A stretch of 64,000 nt of DNA, from assembly GCA_902606255.1 (NCBI GenBank), contig CACLFQ010000001.1, positions 28,074 through 92,073 of the forward strand. Direction: 5' to 3'. The notes under the pieces are model-generated. The model made no database searches. It saw only the letters and a program-made list of their open reading frames with translations, and was not told where the DNA came from. Position numbers and translations under genes: made by a program. The stretch comes from an uncultured Prochlorococcus sp. (GTDB lineage Bacteria > Cyanobacteriota > Cyanobacteriia > PCC-6307 > Cyanobiaceae). This document shows positions 1-12,198 of the stretch, piece after piece (the stretch's first letter is position 1; the number at the start of each line of letters is the position of its first letter).

Positions 1-1229
1 TTTCTCATTAGATAGCCGATATTACCAGCACCCCAATCTCTTCCTGCTTTATCTTTATGTTTTTTACCTTTATAGGTAGAATTCCGAGCAAATGGTGAAG
101 CCCCTTGAACATGAGTTCTGTGATCACCGTATCCCCAACTTATATTACCTACTACTACATTTTCTTTTGAGTATTTGCCTGGATTCTTAGATCTAGTATC
201 GTAATTAGGTTTGAAACCAAAATTAATAATAAGTGGACTACCAGAGGAACCTCCTGTTTGGCTACTTCCCCAATAATATTGTTCAAACTTTTTACCAACT
301 CCCGATGATGAAGTTTCAGTATTTATAAATGTTAAAGAGTCTGTTCTTATCATTGATCCCCCCCTGTTGTTTGCTGTATCACCAAGGTATGCAGGATAAC
401 CAAGTGTAGTAATATGTGCTCTTCTTTTTACGGTTATTTTACCAAAAGGATCAATACTGTTTGTAAAACCATCATGATTCCAGCCGTAATTAAAATAATG
501 TGCTCCTTTCTGAGCAGGAGTTTTCCCCCCTTTTTTTCTTAAAGTAAATATAGCAATATCATTTTCATTAGGGACCATACCATCATCAGGGCAGTTGCCA
601 TTAGTCCAACATTTTGGAATATACAATTTTTGGGCTTGCCACACACCTATTGGTCCTCCATAGTTTTCAGAAAGAGAATTAGATGTTGCAGCAGGAATAA
701 AAATAACTCTATCAGGAACAAAGCCGCCATAAAACTTGTTGTCGTAATCACTTATGCAATGAGCTGCAGTTGAAACAACACCTTTTCCTATGAGAGCACC
801 TGAACAAAGCAATCCAGTATTACCATCAAAAGCAATGACTTTCCCGACAGCACTATAAGGTTTTGAAGAGGTTATAGCATGCGTAGAATTTGTGTTTAAT
901 GGTTTAGTATTACTTTTCACAAGAGATGTAGTGTGAGGAAAACCATAAGTTCCGAAGTTAGTTGGGCGCAATGAATTAGGTTGTGCAATATTACCTGGTT
1001 GTTTCCTAGATGTACTGTAAGTGCTTGTGTTAAATCTAAGGGGGGTTTTTTTAATAATCTGAGGAGGTTTGATTCGAATAGTGTTTAAAGTTCGAAAATT
1101 ATCATTATCATCTAATTCAATTACTGTAACTTTGCTTTTTGAATTCTTTGCAAATTCTGCTTTACTTGGAAAATTTATAGTGGAAGTAAGTAGTATAGAT
1201 ATAATGCTAAATTTAAATAAGCTTTTCAT
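1..1229 (-). CDS. Secreted trypsin/chymotrypsin-like (S1) serine protease, 3' end beyond window edge
   Basis: Manual translation from ATG at 1229, open to position 1 (>409 aa). Signal-peptide-like MKSLFKFSIISILLTSTINFPSKA, then CSGALIG, TAAHC (His157), NDIAI (Asp224), TGGSSGSP (Ser329) and GNISWG. Absent from the ORF track because there is no stop in the window. Confidence 0.9.
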   Translation of the reverse strand, partial: MKSLFKFSIISILLTSTINFPSKAEFAKNSKSKVTVIELDDNDNFRTLNTIRIKPPQIIKKTPLRFNTSTYSTSRKQPGNIAQPNSLRPTNFGTYGFPHTTSLVKSNTKPLNTNSTHAITSSKPYSAVGKVIAFDGNTGLLCSGALIGKGVVSTAAHCISDYDNKFYGGFVPDRVIFIPAATSNSLSENYGGPIGVWQAQKLYIPKCWTNGNCPDDGMVPNENDIAIFTLRKKGGKTPAQKGAHYFNYGWNHDGFTNSIDPFGKITVKRRAHITTLGYPAYLGDTANNRGGSMIRTDSLTFINTETSSSGVGKKFEQYYWGSSQTGGSSGSPLIINFGFKPNYDTRSKNPGKYSKENVVVGNISWGYGDHRTHVQGASPFARNSTYKGKKHKDKAGRDWGAGNIGYLMR

Positions 1230-1736
1230 CAGCTTTAAGACCCAGACTATATTAAATAATACTTTATTAACCTAGACTTTACAAATAAAATTGATCAAAT
1301 GAATGTTATTTTCTATAAAGATTTTAATATTAAACTTCAATTTATATATTAATAAAATTTGTTTATTTATTAAACCTTGAATTCCAAACTTATGATTTAT
1401 ATTTAAAAGTTTATTTAAATAATTTTATAAGTTTTATTTCTTTATATATTCTCATGGATCTTTTAAAAAACCTTAACTAATTAGTTTTAATTAATGTATT
1501 TATAAATAGATTTTCTATCTCGATAAATTAATTTTTCGAAAAAAGAGAATTAAGTGTAATTAGAAAAGGAATCTTAAGGCGTAGTAGAAAAATAAAATAA
1601 ACTTATTATTTAAAGATAAATTGCTTAACTCTTAAATCAATAAATGATATGAGATTTTAATTTGTTAAAAAAGGATTTTTAAAAATTATTCTTTTAAAAT
1701 ATAATATTTTAAATAACTAATTTTAAATAATTTTAA

Positions 1737-2168
1737 ATGCACCAAACTATTTCTGAAGAAAATTTAAGAGGATTATTTACCAAAACTTATGGTCAGGATG
1801 CACCTACAAAAGCAAAATGGGCAGAATTTTATAATGAGAATGTTACTTTTATCGACCCAACACAGGAAACAGAAGGATTAGACTCATACATTGCTGCTCA
1901 AGAAAAGCTGATAAAAAGATGTGATGATGTATTTTTAAAAACTCATGCCATATCAATAAGTAGAAATTATGGATTCGTTGAATGGACAATGGGCTTGAAA
2001 ATCATGGGTAAAGAGTTTGTTTATCCAGGAACCACCCGTTTATTGTTTGATAAAAATGGATTAATCCAAGAACACAGAGATTATTTTGATTTTTGCGGAC
2101 CTACCTTTGGCCCAGTTCCTATTTTAGGTCCTTTTATAAGATGGCTTTATAGACAATTTGTATCTTAA
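1737..2168 (+). CDS. NTF2/SnoaL-like domain protein
   Basis: 143 aa; FYNENVTFIDP...EG, EWTM and IQEHRDYFD patterns typical of the NTF2/SnoaL fold. Confidence 0.8.
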   Translation: MHQTISEENLRGLFTKTYGQDAPTKAKWAEFYNENVTFIDPTQETEGLDSYIAAQEKLIKRCDDVFLKTHAISISRNYGFVEWTMGLKIMGKEFVYPGTTRLLFDKNGLIQEHRDYFDFCGPTFGPVPILGPFIRWLYRQFVS

Positions 2169-2225
2169 ATCTTTTGAGAAATTATGCTTATGTTAATTTA
2201 AGCCTCTTTTTTAGGGAAAAGAATT

Positions 2226-2681
2226 TTACACTTCACTTATCAATAAATTTTGATTAGTCACTTCTTTAAAGTTAAATTGAGAATAGAACGATTTTTGATT
2301 TGTAGTCATTAAATATAATTTTTCTGTAGTTTTAATTTTTTTGGAAGATAAAAGATTTTTTACTATTAACTTTCCAAATCCCTTTCCTTGGTGATTTTGA
2401 TCTATAACTATATCCCAGAGAACACCTCGATAAATCCCATCTGTTAAAGCTCTACCAAAACCAACTATTTCGTTACCAACCCAAAGACTTACTATGACGT
2501 CACTGTTGGCAAGACATTTTTTAAGATCATTAATTGTTCTTCCTTTTGCCCATAATGCATTTCTATTTAGAAATCTTTGTAGCTTATTTAATCCATTGGT
2601 CGGTTTTAGATTCGGGCCTAATCCAAAAAACCTTAAACCTATAGCTCCTTTGAAGTGGTTTATTAGTGATATTTCTTTCAT
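2226..2681 (-). CDS. GNAT family N-acetyltransferase (Ycf52-like)
   Basis: IVGFGRALTDG, WDIVID, and acetyl-CoA motif HQGKGFGK. Confidence 0.88.
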   Translation of the reverse strand: MKEISLINHFKGAIGLRFFGLGPNLKPTNGLNKLQRFLNRNALWAKGRTINDLKKCLANSDVIVSLWVGNEIVGFGRALTDGIYRGVLWDIVIDQNHQGKGFGKLIVKNLLSSKKIKTTEKLYLMTTNQKSFYSQFNFKEVTNQNLLISEV

Positions 2682-2841
2682 TTGTTAAAAAATTGAAGTT
2701 AATTAGTTTTTATAATTTCAGTCTAGATACCTTAATCGATCATTATCTATAAAATAAAAAGATATAATTTTTCTTCATTCTCTTGTAACGCACTAATTTA
2801 TAATGTTTGTAATAAGATAAATCATTTAAGGACTGTTACTT

Positions 2842-5673
2842 ATGCTAAAGCTTTTGTTGGGCGACCCGAATACACGAAAGTTGAAGCGCTATCAACCAGT
2901 AGTAGAAGAGATAAATTTTTTAGAAGAAGAAGTTTCTCAATTAACTGATGATGAGTTAAGAAGAGAAACTCATAATCTTAAATCAAAAATCTCTTCAGCA
3001 TTAAATGTTCAACAACAAAAAGAACTCTTAGAAGAATTTCTCCCTAAATCCTTTGCAATTGTTAGAGAAGCAAGTAAACGTGTTCTTGATATGAGACATT
3101 TTGATGTTCAGTTAATAGGAGGAATGGTTTTACATGAGTGTCAAATTGCGGAGATGAAGACTGGTGAAGGAAAAACTCTTGTTGCAACATTACCTTGTTT
3201 TTTAAATGCTTTAACTGGGAAAGGAGTTCATGTTGTCACTGTCAATGACTATTTGGCTAGAAGAGATGCAGAGTGGATGGGACAAGTTCATCGTTTTTTA
3301 GGTTTATCGGTTGGATTGATTCAGCAAGATATGAGCCCAGTTGAGAGAAAGAAAAATTACCACTGTGATATAACTTATGCCACCAATTCTGAATTAGGAT
3401 TTGATTATTTAAGAGATAATATGTCCACAGATATTAATGAGGTAGTGCAAAGGAAATTTAATTATTGCGTGATTGATGAAGTTGATTCAATATTAATCGA
3501 TGAAGCTAGAACACCTCTTATTATTTCTGGCCAAGTTGAAAGACCTCAAGAAAAATATCAAAAAGCTTTAGAATTAGCTCTTTCATTAGAAAAAGCTAAA
3601 GAATTAAGTAAAGATGGTATTGATCCAGAAGGGGATTATGAAGTTGATGAAAAGCAGAGAAGTTGTATCTTAACCGATCAGGGTTTCGCTAAATGTGAAG
3701 AGTATCTAAGAGTTATTGATTTATATAATCCTCAAGATCCCTGGGCACACTACATCACAAATGCTTTAAAAGCTAAAGAGTTATTTATTAAAGATGTTAA
3801 TTATATTATTAGAAATGATGAAGCTGTGATAGTCGATGAATTTACTGGTAGGGTAATGCCAGGAAGGCGATGGAGTGACGGCCAGCATCAGGCTATAGAA
3901 GCAAAAGAGAATCTTAAAATTCAGCCTGAGACTCAAACCTTAGCTTCCATTACTTATCAGAACTTTTTCCTCTTATATCCTGGTCTAGCAGGTATGACGG
4001 GTACTGCAAAAACTGAGGAGGTTGAATTTGAAAAAACTTATAAATTAGAATCTACAGTTATACCGACAAATCAAATAAGGAGGAGACAAGATTGGTCTGA
4101 TCAAGTATTTAAGACAGAGGTAGGTAAATGGAAAGCAGTAGCTAAAGAAACTGCACAAATTCATAGAAATGGCAGGCCTGTTTTAGTTGGTACAACAAGT
4201 GTTGAAAAAAGTGAGTTATTAAGTTCACTTTTATCAGAAGAAAAAATTCCACATAATTTGCTGAATGCTAAGCCAGAGAATGTTGAACGTGAGGCGGAAA
4301 TTGTTGCTCAGGCAGGTAGAGCAGGTGCTGTTACTATTGCAACTAATATGGCTGGAAGGGGAACGGATATAATTCTCGGCGGTAATAGTGATTATATGGC
4401 AAGACTTAAATTAAAAGAGACTTTAGTTCCTTTGTTAGTAAAGCCAGATAACGAGCATAAGCCCCCAATCCCTAAACAAAGAAGTACAAAAGCCAATGGT
4501 GGTTTTTCTTCAAAAGTTCGCTCAAAAATTAAAAAGACAATTCCAGACTCTTCCAAAAGTCTTTTCCCTTGCAAATTAGATGAGGAAATTGAAAAGAAAC
4601 TTTCTTTTTTATCTGATGAACTTGTTAAAAGTTGGGGAGATAGAAACCTTTCTGTCTTGGAGTTAGATGATAGGATAGCTACGGCTGCAGAAAAAGCACC
4701 AACTGAGGATAACTCGATAAAGCTTTTGAGAGAATCTTTAGCAGATGTAAAAAAAGAATATGAAAAAGTGTTGATTAATGAAGAAGAAAAGGTTAGAGAA
4801 GCTGGCGGTTTACATGTTATCGGTACTGAGAGACATGAATCAAGAAGAGTGGATAATCAACTTAGAGGTAGAGCAGGAAGACAGGGTGATCTTGGAAGTA
4901 CAAGATTCTTTTTATCTTTGGAAGATAATTTATTAAGAATTTTTGGAGGCGATAGAGTAGCAAACCTCATGAATGCATTTAGGGTTGATGAAGATATGCC
5001 TATTGAGTCAGGAATGCTTACTAGGTCTTTAGAAAGTGCTCAAAAGAAAGTAGAGACATATTATTACGATATTAGAAAACAAGTTTTTGAATATGATGAG
5101 GTAATGAATAATCAAAGAAAAGCAGTTTATAGCGAAAGACTAAGAGTCTTGAAAGGAATTGATTTAAAGAGGCAAGTAATAGGCTATGGAGAAAGAACAA
5201 TGAATGAAATTGTAGAGGCTTATATTAATCCTGATCTTCCTCCTGAAGAATGGAATATTGCTCAACTAATTTCTAAGGTCAAAGAATTTATATATTTATT
5301 AGATGATCTTAAAGCTGAGGATATTAATGTATTGTCAATTGAAGAATTAAAAAACTATCTTCAAGAGCAGTTGCGAATAGCTTATGATTTGAAGGAATCA
5401 CAAATAGAAAAGATTCGTGCAGGATTAATGAGAGAAGCTGAAAGATTTTTCATATTACAGCAAATTGATAATTTATGGCGAGAACATTTGCAATCCATGG
5501 ACTCCTTAAGGGAATCAGTTGGATTAAGAGGTTATGGCCAAAAAGATCCACTAATAGAATATAAAAATGAAGGATATGATATGTTTCTCGAAATGATGAC
5601 TAATATGAGAAGGAATGTTATATATTCGATGTTTATGTTTCAACCCAAAACTGATGTAGAAGAAAAAAATTAA
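2842..5673 (+). CDS. secA: Preprotein translocase subunit SecA
   Basis: EMKTGEGKT Walker [42 protein letters not shown]; cyanobacterial-type internal insertion. Confidence 0.99.
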   Translation: MLKLLLGDPNTRKLKRYQPVVEEINFLEEEVSQLTDDELRRETHNLKSKISSALNVQQQKELLEEFLPKSFAIVREASKRVLDMRHFDVQLIGGMVLHECQIAEMKTGEGKTLVATLPCFLNALTGKGVHVVTVNDYLARRDAEWMGQVHRFLGLSVGLIQQDMSPVERKKNYHCDITYATNSELGFDYLRDNMSTDINEVVQRKFNYCVIDEVDSILIDEARTPLIISGQVERPQEKYQKALELALSLEKAKELSKDGIDPEGDYEVDEKQRSCILTDQGFAKCEEYLRVIDLYNPQDPWAHYITNALKAKELFIKDVNYIIRNDEAVIVDEFTGRVMPGRRWSDGQHQAIEAKENLKIQPETQTLASITYQNFFLLYPGLAGMTGTAKTEEVEFEKTYKLESTVIPTNQIRRRQDWSDQVFKTEVGKWKAVAKETAQIHRNGRPVLVGTTSVEKSELLSSLLSEEKIPHNLLNAKPENVEREAEIVAQAGRAGAVTIATNMAGRGTDIILGGNSDYMARLKLKETLVPLLVKPDNEHKPPIPKQRSTKANGGFSSKVRSKIKKTIPDSSKSLFPCKLDEEIEKKLSFLSDELVKSWGDRNLSVLELDDRIATAAEKAPTEDNSIKLLRESLADVKKEYEKVLINEEEKVREAGGLHVIGTERHESRRVDNQLRGRAGRQGDLGSTRFFLSLEDNLLRIFGGDRVANLMNAFRVDEDMPIESGMLTRSLESAQKKVETYYYDIRKQVFEYDEVMNNQRKAVYSERLRVLKGIDLKRQVIGYGERTMNEIVEAYINPDLPPEEWNIAQLISKVKEFIYLLDDLKAEDINVLSIEELKNYLQEQLRIAYDLKESQIEKIRAGLMREAERFFILQQIDNLWREHLQSMDSLRESVGLRGYGQKDPLIEYKNEGYDMFLEMMTNMRRNVIYSMFMFQPKTDVEEKN

Positions 5674-5681
5674 ATTTAGAT

Positions 5682-6416
5682 TTAATCATCTCCAAGAAAT
5701 TCTATAATTTCTTTGTCTTTAAGATTTTGAGCATCCCCAAGTTTAGAAATATCAATAGATTCTGAGTTAGCTAAACATTGTAGAGTTTTTTGTAATTTAA
5801 GAATTTCATTCTCTAGGAAATCTATTCTATCCATTAAATTTTTTATCACATTAGCTTCTGCATCTGGCAAGGCTGAGTGTGCTAGTGGATTTACTTTAAC
5901 ACCACTTTGATGCACCACCCTGCCAGGAACTCCAACCACAGTGCTATTCCCTTCTACGTTTCTTACAACTACTGAACCTGCACCAATACGGGTATTAGAT
6001 CCTACTGTGATGGATCCAAGAACTTTTGCACCTGCTCCAACTACAACATTTTCCATTAAGGTGGGGTGTCTTTTCCCATGACTTTTACCAGTACCACCTA
6101 ATGTAACGCCCTGATATAGCAGACAATTATTTCCTATCTCAGCTGTTTCTCCAATTACAACTCCCATTCCATGATCTATGAACACCCGTTTACCAATTTT
6201 AGCTCCAGGATGTATTTCAATGCCTGTTAATAGCCTATTGGTATGACTTAACAAGCGGGGAATCAAAGGAATATTTAATTGCCATAATTTATGTGTAAAC
6301 CTATGAATAACTATAGATTGAAAGCCAGGGTAGCAAAGAAATATTTCTATTATTCCTCTTGCGGCAGGATCTCTCTCTCTGATAATTTCTATATCTGATT
6401 TAAAAGTTTTTAGCAT
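5682..6416 (-). CDS. cysE: Serine O-acetyltransferase
   Basis: RERDPAA, GIEIHPGAKIG, hexapeptide repeats, GKRHPT. Confidence 0.97.
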   Translation of the reverse strand: MLKTFKSDIEIIRERDPAARGIIEIFLCYPGFQSIVIHRFTHKLWQLNIPLIPRLLSHTNRLLTGIEIHPGAKIGKRVFIDHGMGVVIGETAEIGNNCLLYQGVTLGGTGKSHGKRHPTLMENVVVGAGAKVLGSITVGSNTRIGAGSVVVRNVEGNSTVVGVPGRVVHQSGVKVNPLAHSALPDAEANVIKNLMDRIDFLENEILKLQKTLQCLANSESIDISKLGDAQNLKDKEIIEFLGDD

Positions 6417-6422
6417 CTTGGT

Positions 6423-7409
6423 CTAATTAGTAACTCCTATTTCTTTTTTAAATTGATTTATTGTTTCGATACTTAAATAATTTTTAGCACATATTATTTG
6501 AGGTAATCTGATCAATTGAGAGCGATTTTTTAATAATGTGTTTTCTACAACTGATAAACTAGGTCCATCACATACTATATGGTTAGAAGCCTTTAAAAGT
6601 GATAGTAATCTACTGTTATTGTCTGAGATTGCTGTCATAAGAATTAATTCATTACCTCGCATACTGTGTATGATAATTTCTGCTGCTCTCAATAATCCTG
6701 GGCTTATGCTAACAATGCCTACACAACTTCCAGCATTTAATTCCTTGAGAATTTTCAATTCCTTTTGAAAGTCGCTCAAGTCCACTGCAATAGCGCGAAC
6801 TCCATATTGCTTTGCAACTTTTTCTAGAGGCTGTAAAAAATATCTGCTTGTGACAATCGTACCATTATTTGAATTACTCAAAACTTTTTCTAACTCTTCC
6901 ATAGGAACAACTTCTACTGGTACGCTAACTGTTGCAGAAAGGTCTTCTGCTATTAACATAGAAGCGCCAATGTCCTCTCTAGGAGTACTGACTATGATTT
7001 TTGATCCGCACTTAATACGCCAATCAATTTCATTGGTCAATATATCTCTTGTTTCTTGTAAAGTGCATCCAAGATTTATCAAGTTGTCAATAACTTTCTT
7101 TGCTTCTTGATCTGGTGGTTTACTTATTTTATCTTTTGAGTAAACTGATTTGTTAAATTTTCTTTTAGTAAGATTATCTCTTACATAGATACCTGATCCA
7201 GCTATTGCTTCAACAACTCCATCTATTTCGAGTTGTCTGTATACTTTGCTTATAGTATTTCGATGGAGTCCAGTCTGCATTGCAAGTTGCCTTGTACTGG
7301 GAAGTCTGTGTCCTGGAGGATAATGTCTTGCTGCAATTGCGAAACAAATTTGATTATATAGTTGAGTAGATGCTGGGATATCACTTTCTTGTTGAATATG
7401 GAATCTCAC
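6423..7409 (-). CDS. plmA: GntR family transcriptional regulator (cyanobacterial PlmA subfamily)
   Basis: N-terminal GntR HTH LPSTRQLAMQTGLHRNTISKVYRQLE; 328 aa with the cyanobacteria-specific C-terminal domain. Confidence 0.85.
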   Translation of the reverse strand: MRFHIQQESDIPASTQLYNQICFAIAARHYPPGHRLPSTRQLAMQTGLHRNTISKVYRQLEIDGVVEAIAGSGIYVRDNLTKRKFNKSVYSKDKISKPPDQEAKKVIDNLINLGCTLQETRDILTNEIDWRIKCGSKIIVSTPREDIGASMLIAEDLSATVSVPVEVVPMEELEKVLSNSNNGTIVTSRYFLQPLEKVAKQYGVRAIAVDLSDFQKELKILKELNAGSCVGIVSISPGLLRAAEIIIHSMRGNELILMTAISDNNSRLLSLLKASNHIVCDGPSLSVVENTLLKNRSQLIRLPQIICAKNYLSIETINQFKKEIGVTN

Positions 7410-7484
7410 TTTGTAAAAACCCTGACTAATTTATTTTTGACAATAGTGACACTTTAACATTCGTCATATTTTTTTAATAGTTTT

Positions 7485-8057
7485 TTACCCATCATCTTTT
7501 TTAATGAGAGGAGTTTTTCGAGGGCTTAAAAACATAATCATGTTTCTACCTTCTCTTTTTGGTTTTTGTTGAACTTCTGATTGCTCTTCTAAATCATTAG
7601 CCATTTTCAAAAGAAGTGTTTCAGCTAAATTTGAGTGTTGAATTTCTCTACCCCTAAAAAACACAGTACATTTTACTTTATCTCCAGATTTTAAAAATTT
7701 AGTAGCTTGACCTATGCGGACATCATAATCATGCTTGTCAATTTTGTACCTCATTTTTACTTCTTTAACTTCTGTTTGATGAGATTTTTTCCTTGCTTCT
7801 TTAGCTTTCTTTTCCTGTTCAAATTTATATTTTCCGTAGTCCATTATTCTACAAACAGGAGGATTTGCTTTTTCACTAACTAAAACCAAATCAAGCTCTC
7901 TTAGAGATGCTATTTCTAATGCTTTTAATCTATCTATAATTCCTAATTGTTTTCCATCTGAATCAACGACTCTCAATTGAGGGTATTTTATTCTTTCATT
8001 TATGTTTGGTAGCTCTCTAACGGGAGCTCGGCGGTCAAATCGTGGGCGTGGGGGCAT
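7485..8057 (-). CDS. infC: Translation initiation factor IF-3
   Basis: [31 protein letters not shown]. Confidence 0.98.
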   Translation of the reverse strand: MPPRPRFDRRAPVRELPNINERIKYPQLRVVDSDGKQLGIIDRLKALEIASLRELDLVLVSEKANPPVCRIMDYGKYKFEQEKKAKEARKKSHQTEVKEVKMRYKIDKHDYDVRIGQATKFLKSGDKVKCTVFFRGREIQHSNLAETLLLKMANDLEEQSEVQQKPKREGRNMIMFLSPRKTPLIKKDDG

Positions 8058-8110
8058 TCAGATAATTTAATAAATTGATTGGATGAAGCACAAAATCTAT
8101 TTTTATAAAG

Positions 8111-9010
8111 TTAGCTTAAAAAAGACTCTATCTTGATTATTGCATCTTTTAGCAGGTTTTTGTTATTAAGCCAAAGAGGATTATTTTTATTACGAAACCA
8201 AGTTTTTTGCCTTTTGGCAAATTGAATCGTTTTTGTCGTAGTTAACTCAATCGCTTTGTCAATTGTGGAATGGTTATTTAAAACATCCCTTGCTTCTCGA
8301 TAACCAATAGTTTCTAATATTGGCAAATCAAATCCGTATTTAGAGATAAGGTGTTTCGTCTCCTCAATAATTCCAGATAAAAACATATTTTTTGTTCTTT
8401 GCAAAATCCTTTCTTTTAAATTATCTCTATCTAAACCAAGCTCTAGTATTTTCCAGTCAGGCGGTTTTTGAACTTTTAGAGTTGATAAAGGTTTGCCTGT
8501 TACGTAGAAGACTTCTAAAGCTCTTATTGTTCTAATGTGGTCAGCAAAATTGATTTTTTTTGTTGACAACGGATCACAATTTTTTAATAGGTCCCAACAT
8601 TTTTTCTGACCAAGTTCTTCTAATTGTCTTCTCAAATTAGTTTGAGGAGGGACATCTGGTACAAAAAACCCTTTTGTGATTGAGTTCATATACAACCCAC
8701 TCCCTCCAACAAGAAAAGGTAAATTATCTTGTTTAATCTCTTTTTTTATGGATTTTTGAGCAATTCCTTGAAATTGTTTTACATTAATTGGATGGATTGG
8801 CTCCTCAATATCTATTAAAAAATGCTTTATTTTTTTTTGTTGGTTTTTAGATGGCTTGGCTGTTCCAATATCCATAGACTTATAAATTTGCCTTGAATCG
8901 ATATTGTGTATACGAGTTTTAAAATATTCTGCAATTTCAATAGCTAATTCTGTTTTGCCACTTGCTGTAGGTCCAATTAAAATTATTACATGAGGAAGAT
9001 ATGAAGACAT
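8111..9010 (-). CDS. miaA: tRNA dimethylallyltransferase
   Basis: [38 protein letters not shown]. Confidence 0.98.
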   Translation of the reverse strand: MSSYLPHVIILIGPTASGKTELAIEIAEYFKTRIHNIDSRQIYKSMDIGTAKPSKNQQKKIKHFLIDIEEPIHPINVKQFQGIAQKSIKKEIKQDNLPFLVGGSGLYMNSITKGFFVPDVPPQTNLRRQLEELGQKKCWDLLKNCDPLSTKKINFADHIRTIRALEVFYVTGKPLSTLKVQKPPDWKILELGLDRDNLKERILQRTKNMFLSGIIEETKHLISKYGFDLPILETIGYREARDVLNNHSTIDKAIELTTTKTIQFAKRQKTWFRNKNNPLWLNNKNLLKDAIIKIESFLS

Positions 9011-9161
9011 ATGAATTTCTGAAGAAAAAAAATATTATCTATATAATGAAAGTGATTAAATTTTTCATTGACTACGAGCCTTTATCTTATTGCGGTGGTA
9101 AGTTTAATTAAAGACCTTTTAAAAATAAAATTTTAAAAGTTTAATATTTTTTTTATATTAA

Positions 9162-11455
<2,294 letters not shown>

Positions 11456-11458
11456 ATT

Positions 11459-11824
11459 TTGGATTTTAGTTCAATAGGTATAATTTTACTTGGCAGTACT
11501 GTTGGATTAATACTAAGAATTTTCATACAAAATAATTGTAAAAAGAATATAGGTTTTGATATTCAAAATACTTCAATAGTAAATTTTTTATCATCTTTTT
11601 TTTTAGGTATTTTAGTAGCATTAAATTTTATTAATAACGAAATATTAGTGTTATTTTATAGCGGTTTTTTAGGATGTTTTAGTACATTTTCTTCCTTTAT
11701 ATATCAACTATTTATTCTATTTAGAAAGAGACAATTTCTAAGATTATTTTTCCACTACGTCGAAGTGATAATTTTTTCTTTCGTTTTCTTTTATTTAGGT
11801 TATTTTCTTATTTATTTTTTTTAA
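11459..11824 (+). CDS. crcB: Fluoride channel Fluc/CrcB subunit 1
   Basis: 4 TM segments; GxxxR (GLILR), IVNFLSS, GFLGCFSTFSSF. Confidence 0.8.
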   Translation: MDFSSIGIILLGSTVGLILRIFIQNNCKKNIGFDIQNTSIVNFLSSFFLGILVALNFINNEILVLFYSGFLGCFSTFSSFIYQLFILFRKRQFLRLFFHYVEVIIFSFVFFYLGYFLIYFF

Positions 11825-11825
11825 A

Positions 11826-12155
11826 GTGAAAATAAATGATTTTATCTATATTCTTTTAGCTGCTTACTTAGCTACTTTTTTGAGATTAACTATAAATAAT
11901 AACTTTTTAATTTCAATAATTGGATCATTTTTTTTAGGTTTTTTTATCAGCAAAAGATTAAGTTATTCAATAGAAAAAATTTTATTTAGTGGGTTTTTTT
12001 CTTGCTTTACATCCTTTAGCGGATTTATATATTTTTTGTATAAAATTTTAAATCAAGGTGATTGGATAAAATTTATAATTTTTTTAAATTTAATCATTAT
12101 TGTAAATTTTTTCACAATGTTTGTCGGTTTCTGGATAAGTAGAAAAATTACTTAG
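11826..12155 (+). CDS. crcB: Fluoride channel Fluc/CrcB subunit 2 (degenerate)
   Basis: 4 TM segments; ATFLR, IIGSFFLG, GFFSCFTSFSGF; tandem with the first crcB. Confidence 0.72.
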   Translation: MKINDFIYILLAAYLATFLRLTINNNFLISIIGSFFLGFFISKRLSYSIEKILFSGFFSCFTSFSGFIYFLYKILNQGDWIKFIIFLNLIIIVNFFTMFVGFWISRKIT

Positions 12156-12198
12156 ATTTCATATAATGGTGTTGTTACTTTGACAAGGGATTATATTT

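Noticed and set aside
1069-1275. 68-aa plus-strand ORF
   Set aside because: Antisense shadow of the serine protease 5' end
4380-4800. Large insertion in SecA as a possible intein
   Set aside because: No intein splice-junction residues or endonuclease motifs; fits the variable insertion of cyanobacterial and plastid SecA
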